A stretch of 64,000 nucleotides of DNA, from positions 477 to 64,476 of the forward strand of contig CBDBIJ010000017.1 of the NCBI GenBank assembly GCA_965205655.1. Direction: 5' to 3'. This document shows, piece after piece, positions 28,461 to 39,536 of this stretch (position 1 is its first letter; the number at the start of each line of letters is the position of its first letter). The notes under the pieces were generated by a model. It was not told where the DNA came from and did no database searches. It saw only the letters and a list, made by a program, of their open reading frames with translations. The stretch is from Candidatus Latescibacterota bacterium. Its GTDB lineage: Bacteria; Latescibacterota; UBA2968; UBA8231. A program made the position numbers and the translations under genes.

Positions 28461-29310
28461 GAAACGGTCCGTTGCCGACTCTTGTGGTGTAGGCCTTGGT
28501 CACGCCGATGACCTCGTCGATCCTGGTGGGGCCTACACCCGTACCTGTGCAGGCGGCGCCGGCGGTGGTGTTGGAGGAGGTGACGAAGGGGTATGTACCG
28601 TGGTCGATGTCGAGCAGAGTTCCCTGAGCTCCTTCGAACAGCACCGTTTTACCTTCGTCCAGAGCTCGGTTCAGCAGCACGGACGTATCTGTCACGTAGG
28701 GACGCAGACGGTCCGCGTACCCCAGGTAGGTGCTGATGATCTCAGCCTCGCCGAGCGGCTCCCGCCCATAGATACGCGTCAGCACCTGGTTCTTCGCTTT
28801 GATCGTCCCCTTCAGTTTCTCCTGCAGCGGATCGGCATCGAGCAGGTCGATGACCCGCAGCCCGTGGGTGCGTTCCACTTTGTCGCGATAGGCGGGGCCG
28901 ATGCCGCGACCGGTCGTGCCTATCCGATCACTGCCCTGGCTTTCTTCTCCGGCCTTTTCCAGCGCTTTGTGGTAGGGCATGACGAGGTGGTCGTTGGCGC
29001 TCACGAACAGTCGCCCCTCGGTGGAGATTCCCCGCTCGGTCAGCTCCTCCACCTCGCTGAACAGGGCGGCCGGGTCGAGCACGACGCCGTTGCCGATAAC
29101 GCACTGCTTGTCGGTATGGAGAATGCCGGCGGGTATGGCGTGGAAGACGAAGACCTCGTCCTCCACCTTTACGGTGTGACCGGCGTTGGCGCCACCCTGG
29201 AACCTGGCTACCACATCGGCATCGATGGTGAGGTAGTCGACGATTTTCGCCTTGCCCTCGTCACCCCATTGTGCCCCGAGCACAATCTTGGTCGGCATAG
29301 CGATACTCCC

Positions 29311-30891
29311 TTAGAGACTTACTCTCTTGACCCAGGTAATGTGCTTCTCCGACAGCAGTTCGTCGAGCACGACCTGGGGGATGAGGCTGTCCACGTTCAG
29401 GATAGTCAGGGCGCGCCCCCCCACCTCGTGCCGCCCGCATGACATCTGGGCGATATTGACATCCCGACTGCCCATGATCGTTCCCACCCGGCCGATGATG
29501 CCGGGGATGTCATCGTTAATGTAGAACAGCATGTGTCCCTCGGGAACGGCGTCGAAGTCGTACTCGTCGAGGCGCACGAGGCGCGGATCACCCTTTCCGA
29601 AGACTCTGCCCGAGAGGATTCGCCGCGCCTCAGTCGTCTGGTAAGTGACCGTGATGAGGGAGGCGAAGTCCTCGTGCTCGCTGCTCTTGAGCTCATCTAC
29701 CGTAACCCCTCGCTCCTGCGCGAACACGGGAGCGTTGACGAAGTTCACTGGCTCGTCGGAAATGGTGTCCATGATGCCCTTGAGAACCGCCGCCGTGATC
29801 GGAGAGGTCGGGTGGGCGGTGACGTCGCCGCGGTAGTCCACCGTTATACGTTCGAGCTGCCCCTCGTTCACCTGCGCCTGAATGCGGCCCAGCCGCTCCG
29901 CCAGCTCGAGATAGGGCCGCAGCTTCTGGAAGACTTCCGGTTCCACGGAGGGGACATTCACGGCGTTGCGAATGACCCGATCCATGAGCACCTCTCCCAC
30001 CTGTTCGGCGATCGCCAGCGCCACACTCGTCTGCGCTTCGCGGGTGGAGGCCCCCAGGTGGGGTGTGCCGATCACTCGTTCGTGATCGATCAGCTCCGAT
30101 GACGTCGGCGGCTCCGCCTCGAAAACGTCCAGGGCAGCTCCCCCTACCTTGCCGGACACAAGCGCGCGCAGCAGCGCCGCGTCGTCGACGATGCCGCCAC
30201 GGGCGCAGTTCACGATTCTGACGCCGTCCCTGCACAGAGCGAGCTGTTCGTCCGATATGAAATGCTCGGTCTGATTCGTCAGCGGCAGGTGAATGCTTAT
30301 GAAGTCAGACTCGGCGAACAGCTGCTCCGCAGAGACCAGCTGGGTACCGTACGACAGCGCCGCTTCCTGGGTGACGTACGGATCGTACCCGATGATCCTC
30401 ATGCGGAAGGCCGCTCCCCGCGTTGCCACCTCGCGTCCCACCTTTCCGAGCCCGATGACGCCCAGCGTCTTTCCTGCCAGCTCCACCCCAGTGAATCGAC
30501 CGCGATCCCAGGCACCGCCTCGTACCGACGCCGCGGCCTGGGGAATGTTGCGTGCCAGCGACATCAACATGGCGAAACTGTGCTCGGCTGTGGAGACCGA
30601 ATTTCCCCCCGGCGTGTTCATTACCACGATACCGCGGCGAGTCGCCGCCGCCACATCGATGTTGTCAACCCCGGCGCCGGCCCGTCCGATGACGCGCAAC
30701 CGCGAGGCGGCGCCGATCACTTCCTCCGTGACCTCGGTACTGCTGCGCACGATGAGGCCCTCGTACTGGCCGATCGTTTCGAGAAATTCGGTTGGCGACA
30801 GGTCCGTCTTGACGTCGACGTGGAGGTCCGAATTTCTTTCGAGAATTTCGGCGCAGCCGGGATCCACTGTGTCGCTGATGAGCACCTTCAT
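29311..30891 (-). CDS. serA: D-3-phosphoglycerate dehydrogenase (long form with ACT domain)
   Basis: The 526-aa ORF has the NAD-binding GVIGLGKVGREVA motif, the catalytic region ...NCARGG..D..AL..., and a C-terminal ASB/ACT-like region. Confidence 0.9.
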   Translation of the reverse strand: MKVLISDTVDPGCAEILERNSDLHVDVKTDLSPTEFLETIGQYEGLIVRSSTEVTEEVIGAASRLRVIGRAGAGVDNIDVAAATRRGIVVMNTPGGNSVSTAEHSFAMLMSLARNIPQAAASVRGGAWDRGRFTGVELAGKTLGVIGLGKVGREVATRGAAFRMRIIGYDPYVTQEAALSYGTQLVSAEQLFAESDFISIHLPLTNQTEHFISDEQLALCRDGVRIVNCARGGIVDDAALLRALVSGKVGGAALDVFEAEPPTSSELIDHERVIGTPHLGASTREAQTSVALAIAEQVGEVLMDRVIRNAVNVPSVEPEVFQKLRPYLELAERLGRIQAQVNEGQLERITVDYRGDVTAHPTSPITAAVLKGIMDTISDEPVNFVNAPVFAQERGVTVDELKSSEHEDFASLITVTYQTTEARRILSGRVFGKGDPRLVRLDEYDFDAVPEGHMLFYINDDIPGIIGRVGTIMGSRDVNIAQMSCGRHEVGGRALTILNVDSLIPQVVLDELLSEKHITWVKRVSL

Positions 30892-31469
30892 TTCGTTCGT
30901 TCCTCGATCCAGTCCCAGATCGACTGCCTGCCCTCGCCGCTCACTGCCGAGAACGTCGTAAAGAAAAGACCGGACAGATCACCGTCGGCCTCGAGCCGCT
31001 CCATTTGGCCTTTCAGCTTTCCCTTGGAGAGCTTATCACTTTTCGTGAACACCAACAAAAAAGGCTTCAGACGCGTCTGGAGCCATTCGATCATGAGCAT
31101 GTCGAGCTCCGTGGGGCCGTGTCGGGCGTCCACGAGCTGTACGACCGCGCGCAATTCCTCTCTGTCCTCGAGGTACGACTCGGTGATTTTCCCTAGCTGT
31201 TGCCGCAGTCCGACGCCCCCGCGGACATAGCCATAACCGGGCAGATCGACCAGGTAGAGCTCACCGTTGATGCAGTAGTAGTTGAGTTGCTGCGTCTTGC
31301 CCGGCGTAGAGCTCGTTCGCGCCAGCGACTTGCGCTGCACGAGGCGATTGATGAGCGACGACTTGCCGACGTTGGAGCGGCCGGCGAAGGCGACTTCCGG
31401 CCGCCCGTCTGATGGTCTGTCCGCCGTTGCCACCGCCCCGACGACGAATTCGGCACTGTTGACTCGCAT
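30888..31469 (-). CDS. engB: Ribosome-biogenesis GTPase YihA/EngB
   Basis: G1 (GRSNVGKSSLINRL), G3 (DLPGYG) and G4 (TKSDK) motifs are present. It overlaps the serA start by 4 nt. Confidence 0.85.
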   Translation of the reverse strand: MRVNSAEFVVGAVATADRPSDGRPEVAFAGRSNVGKSSLINRLVQRKSLARTSSTPGKTQQLNYYCINGELYLVDLPGYGYVRGGVGLRQQLGKITESYLEDREELRAVVQLVDARHGPTELDMLMIEWLQTRLKPFLLVFTKSDKLSKGKLKGQMERLEADGDLSGLFFTTFSAVSGEGRQSIWDWIEERTK

Positions 31470-31520
31470 AACCGGCCCCAGGTCGGTTCGTCATCGCAGC
31501 CGCGCTACTCGACTCCCCCC

Positions 31521-32771
31521 TCACGCCCTCTTGCGGAGGAACTCGTCTTCGTCGTCGATGCTCTCCACGCCCTTCTCGATCATATCGGACGTCACGACGA
31601 CCTCTTTGACGTGATCGTGGGAGGGAGTGTCGTACATGATATCCATCATGGCCTGCTCGAGTACCGAGCGCAGGCCTCTGGCACCCGTTCCTTTCTTGAC
31701 TGTCAGATCAACCACTGTCTGCAGGGCGCCGTCGGTGAACTTGAGCGCCACGTCGTCCATCTCGAACAACCGGCTCACCTGCTTGACGATGGCGTTACGC
31801 GGCTCGGTAAGAATCCTGAACAGGTCTTCTTCCGACAGCGAATCGAGCGTCGTCACGACCGGCACTCGTCCGATGAACTCCGGGATGAGTCCGAAAAAGA
31901 GCAGGTCCTCTGGCTGCGCCTCAGGCAATATGGCCGTGGGGTCCGTTTCGTCACTTGGCAGCTCGGTCGCGGCTCCGAACCCCATGGTGCGCCGACCGAC
32001 CCGCTGAGAGATGACCTTCTCGAGGCCCTCGAAGGCGCCGCCGCAGACGAACAGGATGTTGCCGGTGTTGATCTGAATCATCGGCTGCTCGGGGTGCTTG
32101 CGTCCACCCTTGGGTGGAATGTTGGCGACCGTGCCCTCGAGGATTTTCAACAGCGCTTGCTGAACTCCCTCGCCTGAGACGTCGCGACTCACCGCCGGCG
32201 TCGCGGACTTGCGGGCGATCTTGTCCACCTCGTCGAGGTAGACGATGCCCTTCTCCGCCCGACCGACGTCGTAGTCGGCGGCTTGCAGCAGCCCCACCAG
32301 GATGTTTTCCACATCCTCCCCCACATAACCCGCCTCAGTCAGAATCGTGGCGTCAGCAATCGAAAACGGCACTTGCAGGACTTTTGCCAGGGTCTGGGCC
32401 AGAAGGGTTTTCCCGGTTCCCGTGGGGCCGATGAGGAGAATATTGCTCTTCTCGAGCTCCACCCCGTCGAGAGCCACGTTCGAGCGAATCCGCTTGTAGT
32501 GGTTGTACACCGCCACCGAGAGAATCTTCTTGGCGCGCTCTTGCCCGATGACGTATTCGTCCAGAAAGGCCCTGATGTCCACAGGCTTTGGAACCGACTC
32601 GGTCTCCCATGGCAGCGTCTGCTTCTTGTCCTCGGCAAGGACCTCGTTGCACAGCTTGATACACTCGTTGCAGATGTGGACAGACGGACCCGTTATGATC
32701 TTGTCGACCTGAGTGGCGCTGCGGCCGCAGAAGGAGCATCGTGGATCGTTTTTGGAGGGTCGCCGTCTCAT
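31521..32771 (-). CDS. clpX: ATP-dependent Clp protease ATP-binding subunit ClpX
   Basis: It has the zinc-binding N-terminus (CSFCGR...HICNECI), Walker A (GPTGTGKT) and the [10 protein letters not shown] and GARGLRSV motifs. Confidence 0.95.
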   Translation of the reverse strand: MRRRPSKNDPRCSFCGRSATQVDKIITGPSVHICNECIKLCNEVLAEDKKQTLPWETESVPKPVDIRAFLDEYVIGQERAKKILSVAVYNHYKRIRSNVALDGVELEKSNILLIGPTGTGKTLLAQTLAKVLQVPFSIADATILTEAGYVGEDVENILVGLLQAADYDVGRAEKGIVYLDEVDKIARKSATPAVSRDVSGEGVQQALLKILEGTVANIPPKGGRKHPEQPMIQINTGNILFVCGGAFEGLEKVISQRVGRRTMGFGAATELPSDETDPTAILPEAQPEDLLFFGLIPEFIGRVPVVTTLDSLSEEDLFRILTEPRNAIVKQVSRLFEMDDVALKFTDGALQTVVDLTVKKGTGARGLRSVLEQAMMDIMYDTPSHDHVKEVVVTSDMIEKGVESIDDEDEFLRKRA

Positions 32772-32817
32772 GCGGAAGCCGCGCGAATCGCCGCGCCTGA
32801 AGGTGGGAGGTGGGGAA

Positions 32818-33432
32818 TCAGCCGGCCGCCTGGGCGGTCTCGGCCACGGCAGCCGTGGGCTCGATGATCTCGTCGAGCAGGCCGTACTCTCTTGCCTCTT
32901 GCGGACTCATGAAGAAATCCCGTTCCGTGTCCTCCTGAATGCGGTCTAGCGTCTGGCCGGTGCATTCGGCGAGGATCTCGTTGAGCTGCTGACTCAGAGC
33001 GACGATTTCCCTGGCGTGGATCTCCATGTCGGCCGCCTGACCACCGATTCCGCCCATTGGCTGGTGTATGAGGATGCGCGCATTGGGAAGGCTCTGGCGT
33101 TTGCCCTTTGTCCCCCCCGCCAACAGAATGGCCCCCATGCTGGACGCCTGGCCGATGCAGATGGTGGCCACATCCGCCCCGATGTACTGCATCGTGTCGT
33201 ATACCGCCAGGCCGGCCGTGGCGGAGCCGCCCGGTGTATTGATGTAGACGGAGATGTCCTTCTTCGGGTCCTCTGAGGCCAGAAACAGCAGCTGGGCGAT
33301 TACCAGGTTGGCGATTCCATCCGAGATGGGAGTACCGATGAAGACGATGCGCTCCTTCAGCAGCCGGGAGTAGATGTCGTAGGAGCGTTCACCGCGTCCC
33401 GTCTGCTCGATGACCATGGGAATCAAAGACAT
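32818..33432 (-). CDS. clpP: ATP-dependent Clp protease proteolytic subunit ClpP
   Basis: Conserved blocks are [16 protein letters not shown], the INTPGG...GLAIYDTM pattern, and the active-site GQASSMGA and IHQP. Confidence 0.95.
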   Translation of the reverse strand: MSLIPMVIEQTGRGERSYDIYSRLLKERIVFIGTPISDGIANLVIAQLLFLASEDPKKDISVYINTPGGSATAGLAVYDTMQYIGADVATICIGQASSMGAILLAGGTKGKRQSLPNARILIHQPMGGIGGQAADMEIHAREIVALSQQLNEILAECTGQTLDRIQEDTERDFFMSPQEAREYGLLDEIIEPTAAVAETAQAAG

Positions 33433-33444
33433 GACAATCAGTCC

Positions 33445-34719
33445 CTATACTCTTTCTTCCTTTATATCGGCTGTCTCCAAAAGGTACTCGAAGACCTTCG
33501 AATCTTCCAGTTCGCGACGCAGATTCTCGGCCCGTGGAGAGCGCTTCAACTCGGGCAGTTTCACACCTGCCCGTTCAGCCCATTCGCTCAGATGCTCGTC
33601 CAGGTGCTCCTCGCTCAGCTCGATACCGGCGTCCTTGCGGACCGCCTCCAACAGCAGATAGGTCTTGAGCCGGCGAACGGCATTCTGCCGATCCTCTTGG
33701 GAATGACCGCCGTCGGCCTCGTGATCGTGGTCGTGATGGTCGTGAGAGCCGCTCTCGTCCCGCTCCTTCCTGAGTGTTTCCAGATAGTTCTCGATCAGCC
33801 CCTGCGGCAGGTCGAAGGGATTTTTCTTTATGAGGCCGTCCAGCACTTCCCCGCGCATCCGCTGGCGCGCCAGGTAGTTCCACCGATCGGCGATCTGTTC
33901 GCTCACGTGCGTGCGGAGAGCCTCGAGGCTGTCGAACTGATCTCCGAGATCCTTGGCGAATTCGTCGTCGAGATCCGGCAAGCGGCGCTCCCGGACTTCG
34001 CGGACGGTAACGGCGAAGTGCTGGATCTTGCCGGCCAGCTCTTCATTGGGCAGATCGCTCCTGTAGGTAAAGGTCACATTACGAGTCTCATCGGCCTTGA
34101 CGCCGATCAACGCCTCCTCGAATTCCGGACTTGGGGCGTCATCGCTGCCTATGATGAAATAGTGCTCCTCGAATTTCTCCCCTACCAGAGGTACTCCCGA
34201 CTCGTCCAGTCGCTGCAGATCGGCGATGAGCACGTCGCCTTTGTCCAACGGCCGGTCGACGGGGCGCTCGGTGGCCTGGCGAGTCCGCAGCTCCTTGAGC
34301 TGCTCCTCCACCTCCTCGTCGGACACCTCGTGCACGAGCTTCGTGACACTCAGATGCTCGTAGTTCTCCAGCTCCACCTCTGGCCAGATGTCGAGAGATG
34401 CGGTAAAGCTGAGGGGTTTGCCCGGTTCGTGATCGAGCTTCGTGATTCTCGGCGCCGCCGCCGGCACCAGACCGGCCTCGCGGGTCGCCTCCTGTACGAG
34501 CTCGGGCAGAAGGTCGCTTATGACGGAGCTGCGAATCGAGTCGCCGTAGCGGGATTCGACCACCTTGAGCGGCACCTTGCCCTTGCGGAATCCGGGAATC
34601 TCCAGCCGCTTGCGGTACTTCGCGACCGCCGTGGATACCTCGGCGTCGACCCGGTCGGCGGGGACCTCGACTTCAAGCTCCCGCTCCCACTTCCCCTTCT
34701 CTGTGACCTGAGTTTTCAC
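33445..34719 (-). CDS. tig: Trigger factor
   Basis: The N-terminal ribosome-binding signature GFRKGKVP and an FKBP-like middle domain are present. The position upstream of clpP-clpX is canonical. Confidence 0.9.
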   Translation of the reverse strand: MKTQVTEKGKWERELEVEVPADRVDAEVSTAVAKYRKRLEIPGFRKGKVPLKVVESRYGDSIRSSVISDLLPELVQEATREAGLVPAAAPRITKLDHEPGKPLSFTASLDIWPEVELENYEHLSVTKLVHEVSDEEVEEQLKELRTRQATERPVDRPLDKGDVLIADLQRLDESGVPLVGEKFEEHYFIIGSDDAPSPEFEEALIGVKADETRNVTFTYRSDLPNEELAGKIQHFAVTVREVRERRLPDLDDEFAKDLGDQFDSLEALRTHVSEQIADRWNYLARQRMRGEVLDGLIKKNPFDLPQGLIENYLETLRKERDESGSHDHHDHDHEADGGHSQEDRQNAVRRLKTYLLLEAVRKDAGIELSEEHLDEHLSEWAERAGVKLPELKRSPRAENLRRELEDSKVFEYLLETADIKEERV

Positions 34720-34751
34720 CGATCTGGATTTGGATTAGGATCTCATTGCCG

Positions 34752-34835
34752 TGCGATAGGGGGGACTCGAACCCCCAAGCCCTTTCGGGCACCAGATCCT
34801 AAATCTGGCGCGTATGCCAATTCCGCCACTATCGC
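34752..34835 (-). tRNA. tRNA-Leu (anticodon UAG)
   Basis: Hand-folded. The acceptor stem GCGATAG/CTATCGC carries discriminator A. The anticodon stem CCAGA/TCTGG closes loop TTTAGGA, giving anticodon TAG. There is a long variable arm (GCCCGAAAGGGC) and a T-arm GGGGG-TTCGAGT-CCCCC. No CCA is encoded. Confidence 0.85.
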
Positions 34836-34909
34836 GCTCGAGAGCCCTGGCTCGAGAGCCCTGCTCGTGACACGGTATTAGATCAGTATACCTGTCTGCT
34901 CAGAGGGGG

Positions 34910-36238
34910 TCAAGCAAGAGACCACTCGCGCAGACGCCTGCCGATCTCCTCTCTCAGTTGATGGATTTTGACCCTGTCCTGGGCCATTGAATCGCGATCT
35001 CGGACGGTGACTGTCTCGTCCTGCGCCGTCTGCGAGTCCACCGTGACACAGAACGGCGTGCCGATCTCATCCATGCGACGATACCTGCGGCCGATGGCTC
35101 CGCCTTCATCATAGAACACGCGGAAGTCGGCGCGCAGCTCCTCCGTAATCTGTCGCGCGGTGTCGGGCATGCCGTCGCGTTTCACGAGGGGAAAGACCGC
35201 CACCTTGAGCGGCGCCACCCTGGGGTGGAATCGCATGACTACGCGCTTCTCCCCCTCTACCTCCTCCTCGCGGTAGGCCTCCACGAGGCAGGCCATGCAG
35301 GTGCGGCTCGCTCCGTTGGATGTCTCCACGACGTTGGCCAGGATCTTCTCCTTCGACTCGTCGTCGAAGTAGCGCAGCCCCTTCTTTGAGTGCGCCTCGT
35401 GCTGTGACAGATCGAAGTCCCCGCGGTTGTGAACTCCCTCGATCTCCTCCCGCCCGAATGGAAACTCGTACTGTATGTCATAGGCTGCTCTTGCGTAGTG
35501 GGCCAGCTCGCCCTCCCCATGCTCCTTCCAGCTCAGCTTCTTCTCCGGAATTCCAATCGTCTCGTACCACTGCCAGCGCTCGCTTTTCCAGTACTCGAAC
35601 CACTCGGAGTCGGTCCCGGGTTTGACGAAGTACTGCATCTCCATCTGCTCGAACTCGCGCGTCCGGAACAGGAAGTTCCTCGTGTTGATCTCGTTGCGAA
35701 ACGCCTTGCCGACCTGGGCAATACCGAAGGGCAACTTCTGACGCATCGCTGCCTGCACGTTGAGAAAGTTGACGAAGATGCCCTGTGCAGTTTCAGGCCG
35801 CAGGTAAACCACAGCGCCCTCATCCTCCACCGGCCCGACGTGGGTCTTGAACATGAGATTGAAGGCGCGCGCTTCTGTGAGTACCTCCTTGTTGCCGCAC
35901 ACCGGACACTGGCCCGCCTGGCGCTGCCCGTCTGAGAGCATGTCCTCTCGAAAACGGGCCTTGCAGCTGCGGCAGTCCACCAGCGGATCGGTAAAGTTGT
36001 CGACGTGACCCGACGCTTCCCAGACTCCGGGGTGCATGAGGATGCTGGCGTCCAGGCCTTCGACATCCTCACGATACGTCATCGCCTTCCACCACGACTC
36101 CTTGATGTTGTTCAGCAATTCCACGCCGAGGGGTCCGTAATCCCAGCAGCCGTTGAGACCGCCGTAGATCTCCGAGCTCTGGAAGATGAACCCTCTGCGT
36201 TTGCAAAGGGAGACGATTTTGTCCAGGGCATCCGCCAT
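34910..36238 (-). CDS. glyQS: Glycine--tRNA ligase (dimeric class II, GlyQS type)
   Basis: Conserved blocks are ...RRGFIFQSSEIYGGL.G.WDYGPLG.ELLNNIK..WW..., FRNEI.TRNFLFRTREFEQME and GA.GRRYRRMDEIGTPF. Confidence 0.9.
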   Translation of the reverse strand: MADALDKIVSLCKRRGFIFQSSEIYGGLNGCWDYGPLGVELLNNIKESWWKAMTYREDVEGLDASILMHPGVWEASGHVDNFTDPLVDCRSCKARFREDMLSDGQRQAGQCPVCGNKEVLTEARAFNLMFKTHVGPVEDEGAVVYLRPETAQGIFVNFLNVQAAMRQKLPFGIAQVGKAFRNEINTRNFLFRTREFEQMEMQYFVKPGTDSEWFEYWKSERWQWYETIGIPEKKLSWKEHGEGELAHYARAAYDIQYEFPFGREEIEGVHNRGDFDLSQHEAHSKKGLRYFDDESKEKILANVVETSNGASRTCMACLVEAYREEEVEGEKRVVMRFHPRVAPLKVAVFPLVKRDGMPDTARQITEELRADFRVFYDEGGAIGRRYRRMDEIGTPFCVTVDSQTAQDETVTVRDRDSMAQDRVKIHQLREEIGRRLREWSLA

Positions 36239-36246
36239 GTATGGCC

Positions 36247-37143
36247 TCAGTTCACGACTGTATCGAAGCGGTTTACCGACTCGAGAAATTCGAGGGACCG
36301 CAGGCGGCCGCTCTGGCCGCCGTGGTACTCCAGGATGCGTCTCAACATGCCGCGAATCTCTCCCTTCCGGGAGGGAGCCGGCGGGATCGCCTCTTTTCCG
36401 TAGGTTTTCAAGTGCTGTAATCCGGCGAGAAAACTGATGCTGTCCCGCGCCACCCGATAGCTCTGTCCCATCGTGCTTCCCATAGCTCCATGTTGGCCGT
36501 AGGAGAATCCCGAATCCGGAGCCGACAATGTCAAATCCGACACGGCCACATCGTCAGTTGCCACCCCACCACCGGTACCACTGCCGCACGACGAGCACAT
36601 CGCCCCACCCATTGCCGGACTGAAGGGAAGCCATGCGGCACCTCCCAGCGCCGACCCGCAGTTTGCGCAGTGCGCCAGCTCGGGGCGATAGCCCAGCGCT
36701 TCCGCGGCCCGCAGCTGGAAGTACCAGAACAGAGACTCCAGCTGACTCGACTCGACTTCCTCGAGCGCCGCGAGAACGCCGCTCAGGCAACGGTACAACC
36801 TTTTCGTCGGCTCACCATCGATCGTCAGACGGTCGATCATCTCGCAGGCGGCGCTGCCGTAGGAAAGTTTCTGGATGTCGTTCAGCAGCCCCGGGAATGT
36901 CCTCAGCAGATCGCAGTCGCTGAGGGTGTGCAGATCGCGATCGTCGCGGATGTAGCACACGGCCTGAATTTCCGCCATCAGGTCGAGGCCCGCCCCGAAC
37001 TTGCTCTTGGGCCGCCGCGCGCCCTTGGCGGTCACCGATAACTTGCCAAACTCCTCGGTGTAGAGCGTCACCAGCTTGCTCGTCTCCCCCATGCGGCGCG
37101 TTCGCAAAACGACCGCCTTCGTCTTGCCGATAACCCTGGCCAC
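36247..37143 (-). CDS. recO: DNA repair protein RecO
   Basis: It has the N-terminal OB-fold pattern (AVVLRTRRMGETSKLVTLYTEEFGKL...AKGARRPKSKF) and a Cys cluster (CANCG...CSSCG). It uses a GTG start. An extra Gly/Ser-rich insert follows the zinc motif. Confidence 0.8.
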   Translation of the reverse strand: MARVIGKTKAVVLRTRRMGETSKLVTLYTEEFGKLSVTAKGARRPKSKFGAGLDLMAEIQAVCYIRDDRDLHTLSDCDLLRTFPGLLNDIQKLSYGSAACEMIDRLTIDGEPTKRLYRCLSGVLAALEEVESSQLESLFWYFQLRAAEALGYRPELAHCANCGSALGGAAWLPFSPAMGGAMCSSCGSGTGGGVATDDVAVSDLTLSAPDSGFSYGQHGAMGSTMGQSYRVARDSISFLAGLQHLKTYGKEAIPPAPSRKGEIRGMLRRILEYHGGQSGRLRSLEFLESVNRFDTVVN

Positions 37144-37496
37144 TAGTCGGTTCCGCTCTTCTGGGCGTCGGCTTTATCTCGCACCCGGTACACCCGTTCG
37201 CCCGGCTTCACCATGCCGTATTGTTCGCGCGCCACCTTCTCCACATAATCCAGATCGTTCTCGAGCAGCCACAACACCTGCTGCAGGCTGTCGTTGGCCG
37301 CTTTGAGCTGTGTCACCTGTGCCTCGAGTGACTGCAGTTCATGTTGTCGCTGCCGCACTTGAAGCAACCCCTGCTCGTCGTTGAGGAGCAGATAGGCGCT
37401 CCATGACAATGCGACGACGATGAGGGCGACTTTCAGGCGTCGGCGCGAATACCTGGCCAGGCGCCCACTGCGCTTGAACGGCATTACAGTCGTCAC
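37143..37496 (-). CDS. ftsB: Septum formation initiator FtsB/DivIC family
   Basis: The 117-aa ORF has a single N-terminal TM segment, then a coiled coil and ...AREQYGMVKPGE.VY. Confidence 0.7.
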   Translation of the reverse strand: MTTVMPFKRSGRLARYSRRRLKVALIVVALSWSAYLLLNDEQGLLQVRQRQHELQSLEAQVTQLKAANDSLQQVLWLLENDLDYVEKVAREQYGMVKPGERVYRVRDKADAQKSGTD

Positions 37497-37548
37497 TGGG
37501 ATCTGCCGGTTGACGCCGCCGCGGCCGGCGGACTGACGTGGAGACGAC

Positions 37549-38709
37549 TCAAATGAGGACGAGGTCGTCGCGGTGGATGACCTCCAGAGCGGGGCGACCG
37601 AGGGTCTGCTCTACTTCCGGCGAGCTCTTGCCGAGAATCCGCTCGATCTCTTCGGACGCGTACCGGCTCAGCCCGCGTGCCACCTCGGCGCTGTCGCCGT
37701 TTTCGACTCTGACTACGTCGCCGGCGCTGAAGCGGCCCTTGCAGCCGACTACGCCGGCTGGCAGCAGACTGCGCCCCATTTGTGTGATAGCCCGCTCCGC
37801 ACCTCCGTCCACGACCACACTGCCCTTGCAGGGAGAGGCAAATCCGATCCAACGCTTGCGGCTTTGCATTCGCTTGCGCGACGGCATGAACAGCGTCCCC
37901 ACCTCACTGCCCTGTGCGATGTCCTTGAGTCGGTGCTTGCGGGCGTGGGCGATCACGGTCATTTCGCCGCAGGCCATCAGCAGTTTTGCGGCCCGCACCT
38001 TCGTCTCCATGCCACCACGGCCCACCCGGCTTGGCCTGGCGCCGGCGATTCGTTCGAGCGCGGTCTCGTTCCCGGCGATCTCCGAGATGGGTTCGCCCCG
38101 CGGGCCATCGGCGCCGTAGTCCGCATAGAGTCCCTCCACATCCGACAGGATGACGAGCAACTCGGCGTGAATGAGATTTGCGACGTACGCCGCCAGCACG
38201 TCATTCTCGCCGAAGGTGCGCTTGAGCTCGGCCACCGCGACGCTGTCGTTCTCGTTGATGACGGGGACGGCGCCGTAGGCGAACAACTTGCGAAATGTGT
38301 TTGTCAGATTCAGATACCGGCTTCGATCTTCGAGGATGTCCTCGGCAGTCAGCAGCACCTGTCCCACCGGCACGTCGTGCTTCTTGAAGAGGCTCTCGTA
38401 GGTGTTCATCAGCAGGTTCTGTCCCACCGCGGCGACCGCCTGCAGCTCTGAGATCGCCGTCGGGCGCTCTCGCAACCCCAGACGACCCATCCCCGCTACC
38501 ACCGCCCCCGATGACACGATGGCGACTTCGAGGCCTCGTTCGCGGAGTTCGATCACGTCCCCCACGAGGGTGCGGATGACGCGGCGATCCAGCTGGTATT
38601 CGCTGCCGGCGACACTGCTGCTGCCGATCTTGACCACCAGCCGCTTCACCTTGCTCAGCCGGGCGGCGCGGTGGCCGCCGCCGCCGCTCGCACTGCTTGT
38701 GTCGATCAC
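37549..38709 (-). CDS. proB: Glutamate 5-kinase with PUA domain
   Basis: Motifs present are VVKIGSS, VSSGAV..G and INENDSVA, with a C-terminal PUA region (G.V.VD.GA..A......SLLPAGV). It has a GTG start that overlaps the hisF stop. Confidence 0.9.
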   Translation of the reverse strand: MIDTSSASGGGGHRAARLSKVKRLVVKIGSSSVAGSEYQLDRRVIRTLVGDVIELRERGLEVAIVSSGAVVAGMGRLGLRERPTAISELQAVAAVGQNLLMNTYESLFKKHDVPVGQVLLTAEDILEDRSRYLNLTNTFRKLFAYGAVPVINENDSVAVAELKRTFGENDVLAAYVANLIHAELLVILSDVEGLYADYGADGPRGEPISEIAGNETALERIAGARPSRVGRGGMETKVRAAKLLMACGEMTVIAHARKHRLKDIAQGSEVGTLFMPSRKRMQSRKRWIGFASPCKGSVVVDGGAERAITQMGRSLLPAGVVGCKGRFSAGDVVRVENGDSAEVARGLSRYASEEIERILGKSSPEVEQTLGRPALEVIHRDDLVLI

Positions 38710-39536
38710 GATTTCTCCACCTTCACGCCTTCGGTCGCCGGCTCGTATTCCCGCACCGTCACACCCCGGTCCCTCAGGAAGGACTTCACCTGCGGAATGC
38801 TGTACACTTCATAGTGAAATACCGAGGCGGCCAAAGCGGCGCTGGCCCGGCCTTCGGTCAGCACTTCGTAGATGTGTTCCATGGTGCCGCAACCTCCGGA
38901 CGCGACGATCGGCACGTCGACTCGCTCCGCCACCATCCGATTCAGCTCGAGATCATACCCCTCTCGCGTGCCATCTGCGTCGATGCTGTTGAGAACGAGC
39001 TCTCCGGCGCCTCGATCGACCAGCTCCTCCACCCACTGCATCGCGTCCAGTCCAGTGGCCGTCCTGCCGCCGTCGATACAGATCTCCCAGCTCGGCGGCC
39101 CGTTGTCATTGCTCGAAGCGACATCCGTCGCCGGCCTCCGCCTGGCGTCGATAGCCCCCACGATACATTGGCTCCCGAAGCTCTCGGAGCCCTGCCGGAT
39201 GATGTCGGGATCCCGCACCGCTCCCGAATTGATCGACACCTTGTCGGCGGCTCCCTTGAGAATCTGGCGCACATCGTCGTAGGTGCGGATGCCGCCGCCC
39301 ACAGTCAGCGGGATGAACACCTGCTCGGAGACCTGCTGCACCAGGTTCATGACGATGTCGCGCCCATCGGCCGAGGCTGTGATGTCGTAGAACACGAGCT
39401 CGTCGGCGCCCTCGCGGTCGTAACGTCCGGCCAGTTCCACTGGATCCCCCGCATCCCGGTCGGCCGAAAACCTGACGCCGCGCACGTTGCGCCCTTCCTT
39501 CACATCGAGACAGGGTATGATGCGCTTGGCGAGCAT
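38706..39536 (-). CDS. hisF: Imidazole glycerol phosphate synthase cyclase subunit
   Basis: Conserved blocks are [31 protein letters not shown] and ASGG.G. The start is trimmed to ATG 39534-39536, which overlaps the hisH stop (ATGA). Confidence 0.9.
   Translation of the reverse strand: MLAKRIIPCLDVKEGRNVRGVRFSADRDAGDPVELAGRYDREGADELVFYDITASADGRDIVMNLVQQVSEQVFIPLTVGGGIRTYDDVRQILKGAADKVSINSGAVRDPDIIRQGSESFGSQCIVGAIDARRRPATDVASSNDNGPPSWEICIDGGRTATGLDAMQWVEELVDRGAGELVLNSIDADGTREGYDLELNRMVAERVDVPIVASGGCGTMEHIYEVLTEGRASAALAASVFHYEVYSIPQVKSFLRDRGVTVREYEPATEGVKVEKS

Larger units (their letters stand above)
26372..29298 (-). pseudogene. purA: Adenylosuccinate synthetase interrupted by an IS66-family element
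   Basis: The N-part (28461..29298) reads MPTKIVLGAQWGDEGKAKIVD...AYTTRVGNGPF. The C-part (26372..26819) reads [34 protein letters not shown]...LTRLDVL.... Removing 26820..28468 restores one uninterrupted ~427-aa frame. Confidence 0.9.
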
